NCBI GenBank assembly: GCA_044344255.1
Contig: JBIJDH010000016.1
Coordinates: 124,937 to 188,936, forward strand
Reading direction: 5' to 3'
Origin: Myxococcota bacterium
GTDB taxonomy: Bacteria > Myxococcota_A > UBA796 > UBA2385
Length of the DNA: 64,000 bases
The notes beneath the pieces are model-generated. The model was not told the DNA's origin, did not search any database, and saw only the letters and a list, made by a program, of their open reading frames with translations. Both the position numbers and the translations under genes were made by a program. How positions within the stretch are numbered: the stretch's first letter is position 1; every line of letters starts with the position of its first letter. Positions 28,279 to 38,666 of this stretch are shown piece by piece.

Positions 28279-31200
28279 TCAGCCGGGGTCGGAGCTGGAG
28301 CCGGGGGCGGTCGCGGGCGGCGGTGCCGCCGGGCGGGCGAGGTCGATGCGGCGCAGGTTCTCACGCGCGGCGCCGTTGTTCGGGTCGATCGCGAGGACCG
28401 AGCGGAAGGCCTCTGCGGCCTGATCGAGGTCCCCCGCCATGGCGCGGATCTGCCCGATCCCGCCGCGGGCCTCGACGAGGTTTGGATCGGCGAGCACGGC
28501 CCGCCGGAAGTCCTCCTCCGCCTGATCGAGCTTGTCGAGGTCGAACCAGCAGCGGCCGCGGAGGTACCAGGCGTAGGCCCCACCGCCCTGCAGGACCGCG
28601 CGCTCGGCGTGGACGAGGGCGGTGGTGGGCTCCCCGCGGGCGAGGAAGAGCGCGGTGAGCGCGAGGGCCGGCTCGGGGTGCTCGCCGCGGCTGAGCGCGA
28701 GGGCCCGCTCGAGGGGGGCCTGTGCGGCGTCGTCTTCGCCGATCTCGCTCAAGAAGACGCCGAGGTTCTGCCAGGCGGACCAATCCTGCGGCCAGGCCTC
28801 GGTGGCCTCGCGCAGGCGGCGCTCGGCCTCGACGTTGTCCTTCCGTGCCCGAGCGACGCGGGCGAGGCCGGAGAGGGCGTCCCGGTTCTTGGGGTCGAGG
28901 CGGAGCACCTCTTCGAAAGCGTCGCGGGCGCGAGCGAGGTTGCCCTGTGCCAGCGCGATCTCGCCCTGCACCAGGGGAGGAGCGGGGCTGCGGGGGGCGA
29001 GGAGCCGCGCGGTGGTGGCCTCCCGGGCGGCGTCCTCCCAGCGGCGCGAACCGGTGCCCTCGGCGCGCGCGGCCACGAGGTGGGCGTGGGCCCGCTCCAT
29101 CTGGGGCTCAATCAAGGCCTCGAGGGCGCGCAGCTCGGAGGCGTCGGCGCTGCCCTGAGACAGCGCCTGCGCTCCCGCGAAGACCCCCTGTACGTCGCCG
29201 CGCGCTGCGTCTCCGAGCAGCTTGAGGTAGCGGCCGCGGGCCGCGATACGGGCGTCGAGCGGCGCCGCTTGCGCCTGGAGCTCGGCGCCACCCTCCCGGA
29301 GATCCCACAGCGCCTCCGCCGTAGCGGTGCGCTCGGCGAGGGCCGTGAGGTGCTGGACCGGCGGTCTGAACACGGCCTGAGACAGCCCGCGCGCGGCCGT
29401 GAGCGGCCCGAAGCCGGGCGCGATGTGGGTCCAGGAAGCGAGGCTCTCGCGGTCGCCGAGGGCGAAGCCGGCGAGCAGGAGCGGGGAGGGGAAGCCGAGG
29501 TCGCGCAGGGGCTGGGCGGCGGCGGGGTGTCGCGCGAAGAGGCGGGAGAGGGGCAGCGGGCGGTCGGAGGCGACGACGAGGAGAGAGTCGGCCCCCGTGG
29601 GGGGCAACCAGAGCTGCACCACCTCGAACTGGTCGAGGAGCGGCCCGAGCGCAGCGGCGGGGGCCCCCTCGGCGAACCAGCCGAGGTGCAGACAGATCAC
29701 GTACACGCCGTCGTCGGCGAGGGCGCGGTGGGCGGCGCGGAGGTGCTCGGGGTCGAGGGTCGCGTGGAGGGCGTCGCGCCAGGGGGCGCGGATCACGTCG
29801 ATGATCGCGTCCTGGCTTTGATTCGTGCGGAGGAGGAGCTCGGGGTGGACAGGCCGGAGCTGGACGCCGGGGGCGAGCGCGGCGGTGCGAAAGGGGGCGT
29901 CGAGGGCGGCCTGAGCGCGGGTCAAGCCGGGGAGCGGCGTGGTGATGCGCGTGAGCCCCGGCTGGAAGGCTGATGCGCCGATGAGCGCGCGCCCGGCGTC
30001 ATCTCCGAGGATCAGCACCTCGTCGAAGCGAGGCGCGAGCAGCCCGGCGAGCAGCCCGGCCATCCGCTCGGCCTCGGCGGCGCGGCCCGTGGTCTCGACG
30101 ATCTGCCCCTCGACCTCGAGGGTCAAGGGCCAGCTGTCCTGGTCGACGCGCAGCCGGTCGGCGCGCCAGGCGGTGGAGGGGGCGCGCAGGGCGGCGGCGC
30201 CGGCCGCGCCGGCGGCGGACCAGGCCACCCGCTGTCGAGCGCGGATGTCGCGGTCGACGCCAGCCTCTCCCACGCCGCGGAGCAGCCGCCAACGAGACAC
30301 CGTCAGGAGCTCGTCGGAGGGCCCGCCCAGCGCCCGCATCCCGATCAGCGTGGTGAGCGCGGTGATGAGGCCGCCGACCTGCAGCCAGCGGCGCTCGGCG
30401 CCAAAGGCGAGGGCCGCCGTGAAGGCCAGGCTGAGGGGGAGGAGGCTCCGCTCGCCCTCGAGGCCGCCCAGCCCACCGAGCGCGACCGCTACACCCTCCC
30501 ACCGGGAGGGGCGAAGACCGGCGCCGAGGCCGAGGAGCAGGCCGCCGCCGAGCCCGATCGCCAACAGCGGGAGCGTGAGCAGGAGCCGGCCGTCGAGGGG
30601 ACCGCTGTCGGCCACCGCCCACGTATCAAGGGCGGGCAGGGCGGGACCGGCGAGGCCGAGGCCTCCGAACACCCCCACCGCGGCGAGGCCGCTCAAGACG
30701 AGGCCGGCGCCCGGCCCGAGGCTCAGCGTGCCGCCCAGCCGCGCGCCGAGCAGCAGCCCGCCCAGGATCGCGAGCGCGCCATCGAGCGAGGGGTTGAGGG
30801 CGCCGCGCAGGTGGGCGGTCGCGAGGCCGACCATCCAGCCGACGAGCAGCGCGGCGGGGAGGCTGGACAGGCCGGCCGACCGCGCGCGGGGCTCCGCGCC
30901 GCTCGGGGCCCGGGAGCCGAGGAGGGCCAGCAGCGCCAGGGCGACTGCGAGCGGAGTCGGCAGCGCCAGAGCGGAAAGCGCGCCGCCGGCAGCGGCGACC
31001 AACCTGGCCCAGGTTCGGCGTTCATCATTGGTTTCTGCGGGATGAGAGAGGGCGAGAGATCCCCCCCACGCCAGTAGAAGTACGACCTTTGCGGCGTTCT
31101 CTGGGACGAACCCGATGCTGGAGCCGAGCCCGGCCGCGATCGAGGCGACGAAGCCGGGCGCGAAAAGCAGGCTCAGCAGGAGCAAAGCGCCCAACGGCGC

Positions 31201-31371
31201 CCGCCAGGCCGGGCGGGGGGAGTGGGCCTGACCCACTCGACGGGCGAACAAAGAGACGATCGTGATCAGCCCCAGGCTCTGCGGGCTCGGGCCGATCACG
31301 TCACCGATCGCGCAGAGCCCGGACACCAACAGCGCGGACGAGGCGGCGGATCTCCAAAGGGCAGCGGACAT
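28279..31371 (-). CDS. multi-TM protein with spermidine-synthase-like domain and C-terminal TPRs
   Basis: Many hydrophobic helices; VLILGDD...DAIID...ALADDGV; TPRs (AWQNLG, ARGGIG, ARENL). Confidence 0.7.
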   Translation of the reverse strand: MSAALWRSAASSALLVSGLCAIGDVIGPSPQSLGLITIVSLFARRVGQAHSPRPAWRAPLGALLLLSLLFAPGFVASIAAGLGSSIGFVPENAAKVVLLLAWGGSLALSHPAETNDERRTWARLVAAAGGALSALALPTPLAVALALLALLGSRAPSGAEPRARSAGLSSLPAALLVGWMVGLATAHLRGALNPSLDGALAILGGLLLGARLGGTLSLGPGAGLVLSGLAAVGVFGGLGLAGPALPALDTWAVADSGPLDGRLLLTLPLLAIGLGGGLLLGLGAGLRPSRWEGVAVALGGLGGLEGERSLLPLSLAFTAALAFGAERRWLQVGGLITALTTLIGMRALGGPSDELLTVSRWRLLRGVGEAGVDRDIRARQRVAWSAAGAAGAAALRAPSTAWRADRLRVDQDSWPLTLEVEGQIVETTGRAAEAERMAGLLAGLLAPRFDEVLILGDDAGRALIGASAFQPGLTRITTPLPGLTRAQAALDAPFRTAALAPGVQLRPVHPELLLRTNQSQDAIIDVIRAPWRDALHATLDPEHLRAAHRALADDGVYVICLHLGWFAEGAPAAALGPLLDQFEVVQLWLPPTGADSLLVVASDRPLPLSRLFARHPAAAQPLRDLGFPSPLLLAGFALGDRESLASWTHIAPGFGPLTAARGLSQAVFRPPVQHLTALAERTATAEALWDLREGGAELQAQAAPLDARIAARGRYLKLLGDAARGDVQGVFAGAQALSQGSADASELRALEALIEPQMERAHAHLVAARAEGTGSRRWEDAAREATTARLLAPRSPAPPLVQGEIALAQGNLARARDAFEEVLRLDPKNRDALSGLARVARARKDNVEAERRLREATEAWPQDWSAWQNLGVFLSEIGEDDAAQAPLERALALSRGEHPEPALALTALFLARGEPTTALVHAERAVLQGGGAYAWYLRGRCWFDLDKLDQAEEDFRRAVLADPNLVEARGGIGQIRAMAGDLDQAAEAFRSVLAIDPNNGAARENLRRIDLARPAAPPPATAPGSSSDPG

Positions 31372-31438
31372 GACACCTGCGCGCGAGGGGCGAGGCGAAG
31401 TGTAGCCCGGCGCGGCGGCCGCGCCGTGACGAGGGGGC

Positions 31439-31534
31439 TTGACCGGGCCCTCACGCAGTTGGTACACCGGAGCAGGACCGGCTCGATGGCGAAGGTGGTT
31501 TCCCTGCGAGGTCTTTACTTGTCAATAGTTGTCA
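31439..31534. promoter_or_regulatory. putative divergent promoter region upstream of pilM
   Basis: TTGACC-18-TACACC (+); TTGACA on the minus strand at 31520-25; TTGTCA direct repeat at 31519 and 31529. Confidence 0.4.
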
Positions 31535-31630
31535 GGTTAGGGTGTTGGCCCGCTCCCCGCGGGTGGCGCCTCGGCCCCGTTCCCCTGCTCCCTCCCGTGT
31601 TCTGCCCTCCCATGGCTTGGGTGTAGCCGT

Positions 31631-32704
31631 ATGGCGCTCTTCTCCCAAAACAAGACGTCAATCGGCCTGGACATCGGGTCGAGCCACGTGAAGCTCATGG
31701 AGCTCGAGCGGGACAAGCGCTCGGGGAAGTTCCGGCTCGTCAATTTCGGCATGACCCGCCTGCCCCCCGAGGCCATCGTCGACGGCGCGGTGATGAACAC
31801 GAACGTGATCGTCGACGCCATCCGCGAGCTCGTCCAGAAGCACCGGGTCAAGACGAAGAACGTGGTGGCTTCTGTCTCGGGCAACGCCGTGATCATCAAG
31901 CGGATCAACCTGCCGCTGATGAGCGCCGATGAGCTCGAGGAGTCCATCCAGTGGGAGGCGGAGCAGTACATCCCCTTCGACATCAACGACGTCAACATTG
32001 ACGTCCAGATCTTGGAGGGAGCAAGTGAAGATCCGGGTCAGATGGAGGTCCTCCTCGTCGCGGCGAGGAAGGAGCTGGTCAACGAGTACCAGTCCCTCAT
32101 CAGTCAGGCGGGCTTGAAGGCCTCGGTCGTCGATGTGGACGCCTTCGCCGTCGCCAACATGTTCGAGCTCAACTACGACGTGCAGCCCGAGACGGTGGCG
32201 CTGATCAACATCGGCGCCAGCAACGTCAACATCCACATCCTCCGCCGCGGGGTGAGCGCCTTCACCCGCGACGTCGGCATCGGCGGGCGGCAGTTCACGG
32301 AGGAGATCCAGCGCACGCTGAACATCTCCTACGAAGAGGCCGAGGCGATGAAGGTGGGCGGGGATGAGCACGACGCCTCCGCCGTGGTCCCGGAAGAGAT
32401 CGAGCGAGTCCTGGCTTCGGTGGGCGACAACTTGTCGGTGGAGATCCAGCGATCCCTCGACTTCTACCGCTCCACCTCGTCCGACTCCGCCATCGCCCGC
32501 ATCTACCTGTCTGGCGGCGCCGCGCGCACCCCGGGCCTCTCGCGGGCTATCGGTCGGCAGACCAACCTCCCGGTCGAGGTGGTAGACCCCTTCCGGCGGA
32601 TACAAATCGACGAGCGGAGCTTCAACCCCGCTTTTCTCAATGATGTCGCCCCGCAGGCCGCCGTGGTGGTGGGGCTCGCCGTTCGGAGGCCGGGCGACAA
32701 GTGA
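31631..32704 (+). CDS. pilM: type IV pilus assembly protein PilM
   Basis: IGLDIGS, WEAEQYIPF, INIGA, LSGG, GLAVR. Confidence 0.96.
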   Translation: MALFSQNKTSIGLDIGSSHVKLMELERDKRSGKFRLVNFGMTRLPPEAIVDGAVMNTNVIVDAIRELVQKHRVKTKNVVASVSGNAVIIKRINLPLMSADELEESIQWEAEQYIPFDINDVNIDVQILEGASEDPGQMEVLLVAARKELVNEYQSLISQAGLKASVVDVDAFAVANMFELNYDVQPETVALINIGASNVNIHILRRGVSAFTRDVGIGGRQFTEEIQRTLNISYEEAEAMKVGGDEHDASAVVPEEIERVLASVGDNLSVEIQRSLDFYRSTSSDSAIARIYLSGGAARTPGLSRAIGRQTNLPVEVVDPFRRIQIDERSFNPAFLNDVAPQAAVVVGLAVRRPGDK

Positions 32705-33339
32705 TTCGGATAAACCTACTCCCCGTCAAGACCTCGCGTCGCCAGGAGGCGGTGCGAAACGAGCTCATCCTCGCGGGTGTGGGCGTCGTGGTGCTCCTCC
32801 TCTTCCTCGCGGTCGCCCAGGTCGCGGTCACGGCGCGCGTGAACACGATCCGCCAGGAGAACGTGAAGCTCGGAGAAGAGATCCGGCGCACCCAAGAGAT
32901 CGTCAAGGAGGTCGAACGCCAGGAGAAGCTCCAGGCTGACCTTCAGAAGAAGCTCGAGGTCATCAAGCGGCTCAAGGCCAACAAGTCGGGCCCGGTCCAC
33001 ATGATGGAGGAGCTCGCAAAGGCTTGCCCCGAGAAGCTCCAACTCGAGGGCCTCGACGAGAAGAAGGGGCGAATTGAGCTCACCGGCACCGCGGTCAGCA
33101 ACGAGATCATCTCTCAGTTCCTGAGCAACCTCGAGCAGTCCGACTACTTCGAGGAGGTCTACCTGAACGCCATCGATCAGGTCGAGAAGGAAGGAGTAAA
33201 GCTCAAGAATTTCTCCATCACGGCGCGTCTCATCGTGCCCGGCACCGCCATCGTCCCGCCCGCGCCTGAGGCGGCGACCCCCGCGGCGCCTGCAGCGCCT
33301 GCGGCCCCTGCGGATGACAAGGGCCAGAAGGCCGGCTGA
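32701..33339 (+). CDS. pilN: type IV pilus protein PilN
   Basis: IRINLLP PilM-binding motif, TM helix, coiled coil. Confidence 0.95.
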   Translation: MIRINLLPVKTSRRQEAVRNELILAGVGVVVLLLFLAVAQVAVTARVNTIRQENVKLGEEIRRTQEIVKEVERQEKLQADLQKKLEVIKRLKANKSGPVHMMEELAKACPEKLQLEGLDEKKGRIELTGTAVSNEIISQFLSNLEQSDYFEEVYLNAIDQVEKEGVKLKNFSITARLIVPGTAIVPPAPEAATPAAPAAPAAPADDKGQKAG

Positions 33340-33356
33340 GGCCCAGGAGAGCACCC

Positions 33357-34019
33357 GTGCAACTTTCACAGATCATCGAGCGGCTCGCCAAACTTCAGCG
33401 TGTGCAGCGCCTCGTGGGCTACGGCGCCACCTACATGGTGGTGCTGCTGCTGTATGTCTTCCTGTTTTACCTGCCGAAGAACAGCGACCTCGGGACCCTC
33501 CAGACGGAGCAGGCGAACCTGATCAAGCAGAAGCAGCAGGTGGAGGACCGAGTCAAGAACAAGGCGGCCCGAGACGCTGAGCTCCAGCAGCTCAACGCTG
33601 ACCTCACCGCCGCGCTGAAGGAGCTCCCGAACGACCGGGAGATCCCCGGACTCCTCAAGGGCATCAGCACCCTCGGCAAGAAGGTCGGGCTGGAGGTCAA
33701 GAAGTTCCAGCCGCTCCCCGAGGTGAAGAAGGAGTATGTGGCCGAGGTGCCCGTTCAGCTCGAGGTGGAGGGCGCGTACCACGAGGTGGGCATGTTCTTT
33801 GACCGCCTCGCCAAGATGAACCGCATCGTCTACGTGCAGGACATCGAGATGAGCGCCCCCCAGGAGCGCGGCGGGAAGGTGGTGTTGGCCGTCTCCGGCA
33901 ACGTCGTCACCTTCCGCTTCCTCACCGATGAGGAGATCGCCGAGCAGGTGGCCGCCGAGAAGGCGAAGAAGGGCGGACGCAAGGGCAAACCGGCCGCCGC
34001 GGCGGGAGGTGAAGAGTGA
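33357..34019 (+). CDS. pilO: type IV pilus protein PilO
   Basis: TM helix; LPNDREIPGLL, GAYHEVGMFF, RIV. Confidence 0.95.
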   Translation: MQLSQIIERLAKLQRVQRLVGYGATYMVVLLLYVFLFYLPKNSDLGTLQTEQANLIKQKQQVEDRVKNKAARDAELQQLNADLTAALKELPNDREIPGLLKGISTLGKKVGLEVKKFQPLPEVKKEYVAEVPVQLEVEGAYHEVGMFFDRLAKMNRIVYVQDIEMSAPQERGGKVVLAVSGNVVTFRFLTDEEIAEQVAAEKAKKGGRKGKPAAAAGGEE

Positions 34020-34597
34020 CCGCGTCTCCCACGTTCGGGTGCCGGCGGCTGGCGGAGCGCGGCGTCCGTGGCTCGGCCCTGTGCCTCGGCCTCGCCTTGC
34101 TCGGTGGCTGTGACTTCTTCATCTCCGGCAAGGGAGAGGGCGCGTCAGGCCCTCCCAAGGCGGTCGTGGCCGCGGCCCCAGCGGCGGTGGCGCCGGTCAA
34201 GAAGGTTGACCCCCTCACCGAGGCGATCGCGGCCCAGGAGGAGTACGTCTACAACCCGATCGGGCTCCGTGACCCCTTCCGCACCTTCCTGAGCTTCGCG
34301 GACGGTAGCCGCGACGACACGCCTCGGACGCCGCTGCAGGCCCATGACATCGAGCAGTACCAGCTGGTCGGCATCATCTGGGGCGTCGATCGCCCGCGCG
34401 CCCTCGTTCAAGACCCTGAAGGGACGGGCCACGTGATGGAGATCGGAACCTACATCGGGAAGAATTGGGGCAAGGTCACTCAGATCAACAGCAATGAAGT
34501 GGTCGTGACCGAAGAATATCAGACGATTGACGGTGAGCTGGTGGTCAACAACATCAGCATGACGCTGCCCGTTGCTCCTGAAAAGGCGGTGCAGTGA
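34016..34597 (+). CDS. pilP: type IV pilus lipoprotein PilP
   Basis: Lipobox LGGC; YNPIGLRDPF, TPLQ, IGKNWGKV. Confidence 0.93.
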   Translation: MTASPTFGCRRLAERGVRGSALCLGLALLGGCDFFISGKGEGASGPPKAVVAAAPAAVAPVKKVDPLTEAIAAQEEYVYNPIGLRDPFRTFLSFADGSRDDTPRTPLQAHDIEQYQLVGIIWGVDRPRALVQDPEGTGHVMEIGTYIGKNWGKVTQINSNEVVVTEEYQTIDGELVVNNISMTLPVAPEKAVQ

Positions 34598-34674
34598 TGG
34601 ATCGGATTCGAACGGGCCCGAGCTCGGTGCATCGAAGCGGGATGCACAGACGTACGACGAAAAGGGGAGAGACG

Positions 34675-37059
34675 ATGCAAGGCAAGCGTGCAGGTGCCGG
34701 GCTGAGCTGGATCGCGGGCTGCCTGCTCTCCGTCCTCCTCGCGGGGTGGACGGGTGAGGCCAGCGCAGCGACGCTCCAGGGCGTTCAGGTGGTGGGCGGC
34801 GACGTCACGCAGGTGGTGTTGAACCTCGACAGCGACGCCGTGGAGACCGCGGTCAGCGCCTTCACCATGTCCGACCCTGACCGCCTCGTCATCGACGTGA
34901 CCGGGGTGAAGCTCGACGCCGCGCTGACGCAGGCCGCGGGAGACGGCCTTCTCATCGACCACGCCGAGGTCGTGGAGATGAGCTCCGGGCCCGATGACCT
35001 CGTCACCCGCGTCACGCTCTTCCTCAAGGCGCCGGTCGAGCATGTCGTCCGCGTCAGCGGCAGCCAGGTGTACGTCCAGGTGAGCGCGGCCGGCGCTCCG
35101 GCCGAGGACCCGCTCGCGCAGGCCCTCGAGACCACCGGCACCGCCAGCACCGATCAGGGCACGATCACGGTGTCCTCCGCCACCCCCCGCCAGCTCTCCG
35201 GCCCCGCCGCGGTCGCGCCGCAGGTCGCGCTGAGCTCCCTCGACTTCCAGAACCTCCCCGACGTGAGCCGGGTGGTGATCGGCATCAAGGGCTCGGAGGA
35301 CTTCACCGCCGCGCAGCCGCAGGCGAACCTGATCGTCATCGACGTTCCCACTGCCTTCCTGCCCCAGAGCCTCGGCCGCGTGCTCGACACCAGCCAGTTC
35401 ATCTCGCCGGTGCGGATGGTGCGGGCTTACCGCACGGGCCGCGGCACCCGGGTGGCGATCTCCTTGCGGGAGAACTCGGGATACCGCGCCTATATGGGCG
35501 GCCCCGGGCTGCTCTTCGTGGACGTCGAGGTTCCGGAGTCGATGAAGTCGGAGCGCAGCACCGCCTCCCAGACCTGGTCGGCGGTCTCCCCGGGCGGCTC
35601 GAGCTCCGGCATCTCGAACGCGACCTCGAGCGAGATCCTCATCGGCAGTGACGGCCGCACCACCAACCCGCAGGCCTCCTTCCAGACGGGCGGCGGTGCC
35701 AGCGACCCGTCCGCGATGATGGGCTTCGCCGCGGGGATGTCCTACGACTCCCGCTCGGCGAGCTCCCCCTACTCGGGGCAGCGCATCAGCCTGGACTTCG
35801 TCAACGCCGACATCCACAGCATCTTCCGCTTGATCAGCCACGTCTCGCGCCTGAACATCGTCTCGGGAGACGACGTGAAGGGCTCGATCACGGTGCGCAT
35901 GGTTGATGTGCCCTGGGACCAGGCCCTGGCGGCGATCCTCCAGGCCAAGGGCCTCGGCTCGCAGCGCTTTGGGAACATCGTGCGGGTGGCGCCGATCGAC
36001 ACCATCAAGTCCGAGCAGCAGTCCGCCCTCGAGGCCAAGCGCGCCAAGGACGAGCTCACCGAGCTGCAGCTCCTCGTGCTCCCGCTCAACTATGTGCAGG
36101 CCGCCGAGCTCTCGGAGCAGATCAAGGCCCTGTTGACCACCCGCGGATCTGTTCAGGTCGACAACACGAGCAATCAGATCATCGTCAAAGAGACCGAGCA
36201 GCACCTCGCGCAGATCCGCGAGCTCGTGCGCCACCTCGATCGCCAGACCCCTCAGGTGCTCATTGAGGCCCGGGTGGTGGAGGCCAACAGCAACTTCACC
36301 CGCTCGCTCGGCATCCAGTGGGGCACCTCCTTCGATGTGTCCTCCAGCACCGGCTACGGCACGGGGCTGCTCTTCCCGAACAGCATCCAGGCCGGCGGCG
36401 GCGTGGCCACGGCCAACCAGTCGGGCTTCATCGGCGGCGATCTCGGCGACCGCAACCTGATGGTCGACCTCGGGGCCTCCGGCGCCGAGTCCGGCATCGC
36501 GATGCACTTGGGAAGCCTCCCGGGCCTGGTCGACCTCGACGCTCGCCTCTCGGCGATGGAAGCGGACGGCTGGGGCAAGGTGGTGTCTGCACCCCGGGTG
36601 ACGACCCTCGACAACCAGTCGGCCAAGGTGCGGCAGGGCCAGAGGATCCCCTTCCTCAGCACGTCGGCAGGCGGCACGAACGTCCAGTTCATCACCGCCG
36701 CCCTCCAGCTCGAGGTCACGCCGCACATCACGAGCGACGGCAAGGTCTTCCTCAAGGTGAAGGTCGAGAACAACCGGGCCGACTTCTCCCAGCTCGTGGC
36801 GGGCCAGCCGGCCATCCAGATCAAAGAGGCCGAGACCGAGCTGCTCGTCGCCGACGGCGACACCACCGTGGTGGGCGGCGTCTTCGCCACCACCGAGAGC
36901 CAGAGCCAGCATCGCACGCCGGGCCTCTCGAAGATCCCGCTCCTTGGGTATCTGTTCAAGAACTCGACGCACGAGATCACCCGGAACGAGCTGCTCGTCT
37001 TCATCACCCCGCACATCATCACCAAGGCGAACGCGGCCACCTCGACCTCGACGAACTGA
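34675..37059 (+). CDS. pilQ: type IV pilus secretin PilQ with AMIN domains
   Basis: ATG 34675 after GGGGAG; YSGQRISLDF, VPWDQAL, QVLIEARVVE, ELLVFITP. Confidence 0.96.
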   Translation: MQGKRAGAGLSWIAGCLLSVLLAGWTGEASAATLQGVQVVGGDVTQVVLNLDSDAVETAVSAFTMSDPDRLVIDVTGVKLDAALTQAAGDGLLIDHAEVVEMSSGPDDLVTRVTLFLKAPVEHVVRVSGSQVYVQVSAAGAPAEDPLAQALETTGTASTDQGTITVSSATPRQLSGPAAVAPQVALSSLDFQNLPDVSRVVIGIKGSEDFTAAQPQANLIVIDVPTAFLPQSLGRVLDTSQFISPVRMVRAYRTGRGTRVAISLRENSGYRAYMGGPGLLFVDVEVPESMKSERSTASQTWSAVSPGGSSSGISNATSSEILIGSDGRTTNPQASFQTGGGASDPSAMMGFAAGMSYDSRSASSPYSGQRISLDFVNADIHSIFRLISHVSRLNIVSGDDVKGSITVRMVDVPWDQALAAILQAKGLGSQRFGNIVRVAPIDTIKSEQQSALEAKRAKDELTELQLLVLPLNYVQAAELSEQIKALLTTRGSVQVDNTSNQIIVKETEQHLAQIRELVRHLDRQTPQVLIEARVVEANSNFTRSLGIQWGTSFDVSSSTGYGTGLLFPNSIQAGGGVATANQSGFIGGDLGDRNLMVDLGASGAESGIAMHLGSLPGLVDLDARLSAMEADGWGKVVSAPRVTTLDNQSAKVRQGQRIPFLSTSAGGTNVQFITAALQLEVTPHITSDGKVFLKVKVENNRADFSQLVAGQPAIQIKEAETELLVADGDTTVVGGVFATTESQSQHRTPGLSKIPLLGYLFKNSTHEITRNELLVFITPHIITKANAATSTSTN

Positions 37060-37062
37060 GCG

Positions 37063-37560
37063 GTGGAGCGGCTTCCGGTCGCGCTGGGCGGCTTCATGGG
37101 GACAGGAAAGAGCACGATCGGCCCGCGGGTGGCGCGCCACTTGGGCCTCGACTTCGTCGATCTCGATCGGGTCGTCGAGGCCGAGGCGGGCTGCTCGGTC
37201 GCCGCCTTGTTCGAGGCGGAGGGAGAGGCGGGCTTTCGGGCTCGGGAGCGGCTCGCCCTCGAGCGGATCGTCGCCGGCCCGCCGGTGGTGCTCTCCTTGG
37301 GCGGAGGCACGCTGCACCAGGCCGGTAACCGCGTGCTGCTCGAGGGCCGCTACCGGGTGATCATCCTCGACCTGTCGTGGCCGATGGTGCGGCGCCGCCT
37401 CGGCGGTCGGTCGAATCGACCGCTGGCGGGGGACTCCGAGCGGCTCTACCTGGAGCGGCGGCCGGGCTATCTTCAGGCCGGCACGGTGGTCTCGGTGGAG
37501 CGAAAGACCCTCGGGCAGGCGGCGCGAGCGGTCCTTCAGGCCCTCGGGGAGGTCGCGTGA
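37063..37560 (+). CDS. aroK: shikimate kinase
   Basis: GFMGTGKS, DLD, GEAGFR, LGGG, RPL. Confidence 0.93.
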   Translation: MERLPVALGGFMGTGKSTIGPRVARHLGLDFVDLDRVVEAEAGCSVAALFEAEGEAGFRARERLALERIVAGPPVVLSLGGGTLHQAGNRVLLEGRYRVIILDLSWPMVRRRLGGRSNRPLAGDSERLYLERRPGYLQAGTVVSVERKTLGQAARAVLQALGEVA

Positions 37561-38666
37561 GCGAGCTCGGCGCCGCGCAGACCACCGTGCCGGTCCGCCA
37601 CCGCGGCGGCCAGTACCCGGTCGTGGTGTCCGAGGGCGCCCTCGAGGGCCTCGGCGCGGCGCTCGGGGCGGTGGTGGCTCCCGCGCGGGTCTTCCTCGTG
37701 ACGAACCCCGTCGTGGATGCCCTCTACGGCGACGCCGCCGCGGCCAGCCTCTCCCGGGCCGGGGTCTCTGTCACCCGGCTGCTCATCCCCGACGGAGAGG
37801 CCCACAAGCACCTCGAGACCTACGCTGCCCTCGTAGACACCCTGCTCAGCGCCGGGGTCGAGCGGGGCACGCCGATCGTGGCGCTCGGCGGCGGCGTCAC
37901 GGGTGACCTCGTCGGCTTCGCCGGCGCGACGGTGCTCCGGGGGGTCCCGGTCGTCCAGGTTCCCACCACCCTTCTGGCGATGGTCGATTCCGCCGTGGGC
38001 GGCAAGACCGGCGTGAACAGCCTGCGCGGTAAGAACCTCATCGGGGCCTTTCACGCGCCGATCCTGGTCTACGCCGGCCTCGCCACGCTGCGCAGCCTGC
38101 CCGAGGCCGAGCTGCGCTCCGGGCTCGGCGAGGTGGTCAAGCACGCGATGATCTGCGACGACGGCCTCTTTGAGCGGCTGGAGGCCGCCGCGGGAGCCCC
38201 CTGGTCGGAGGCGCTCCTCGCCGACATGGTGGTGCAGAGCTGCCGGATCAAGGCTCGCATCGTGAGCGCCGACGAGCAGGAGGCCGGCGACCGCGCCCTG
38301 CTCAACTACGGGCACACGGTGGGGCACGCCATCGAGGCGGCCCTCGGCTTTGGAGAGCTTCGCCACGGCGAGTGTGTAGCCATTGGGATCATCGCCGAAT
38401 CCCGCTGGGCCGCTGAGCGGGGGCACGCCCCTGCGGCCATCGCGCTCCGGGCCACCGCGCTCATCGACGCGCTCGGCTTCCCGACGCCCCCCCCTCGCCT
38501 CAGCCCGAGCCGCCTCCTCGAGGCGGTCGGCTACGACAAGAAGCTCACGCGTGGTACACTCGCCACGGCCATCGTCAACCCCCTCGGCAGCGCGACGCTG
38601 CGGCGAGTGGGCTCGGCGGAGGTCGAGGTGATGCTGCGCTGCATCCCTGGATCCTCGGAGGAATGA
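37557..38666 (+). CDS. aroB: 3-dehydroquinate synthase
   Basis: GTG 37557; GGGVTGD, PTTLLAMVDSAVGGKTG, LNYGHTVGHAIE. Confidence 0.95.
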   Translation: MSELGAAQTTVPVRHRGGQYPVVVSEGALEGLGAALGAVVAPARVFLVTNPVVDALYGDAAAASLSRAGVSVTRLLIPDGEAHKHLETYAALVDTLLSAGVERGTPIVALGGGVTGDLVGFAGATVLRGVPVVQVPTTLLAMVDSAVGGKTGVNSLRGKNLIGAFHAPILVYAGLATLRSLPEAELRSGLGEVVKHAMICDDGLFERLEAAAGAPWSEALLADMVVQSCRIKARIVSADEQEAGDRALLNYGHTVGHAIEAALGFGELRHGECVAIGIIAESRWAAERGHAPAAIALRATALIDALGFPTPPPRLSPSRLLEAVGYDKKLTRGTLATAIVNPLGSATLRRVGSAEVEVMLRCIPGSSEE

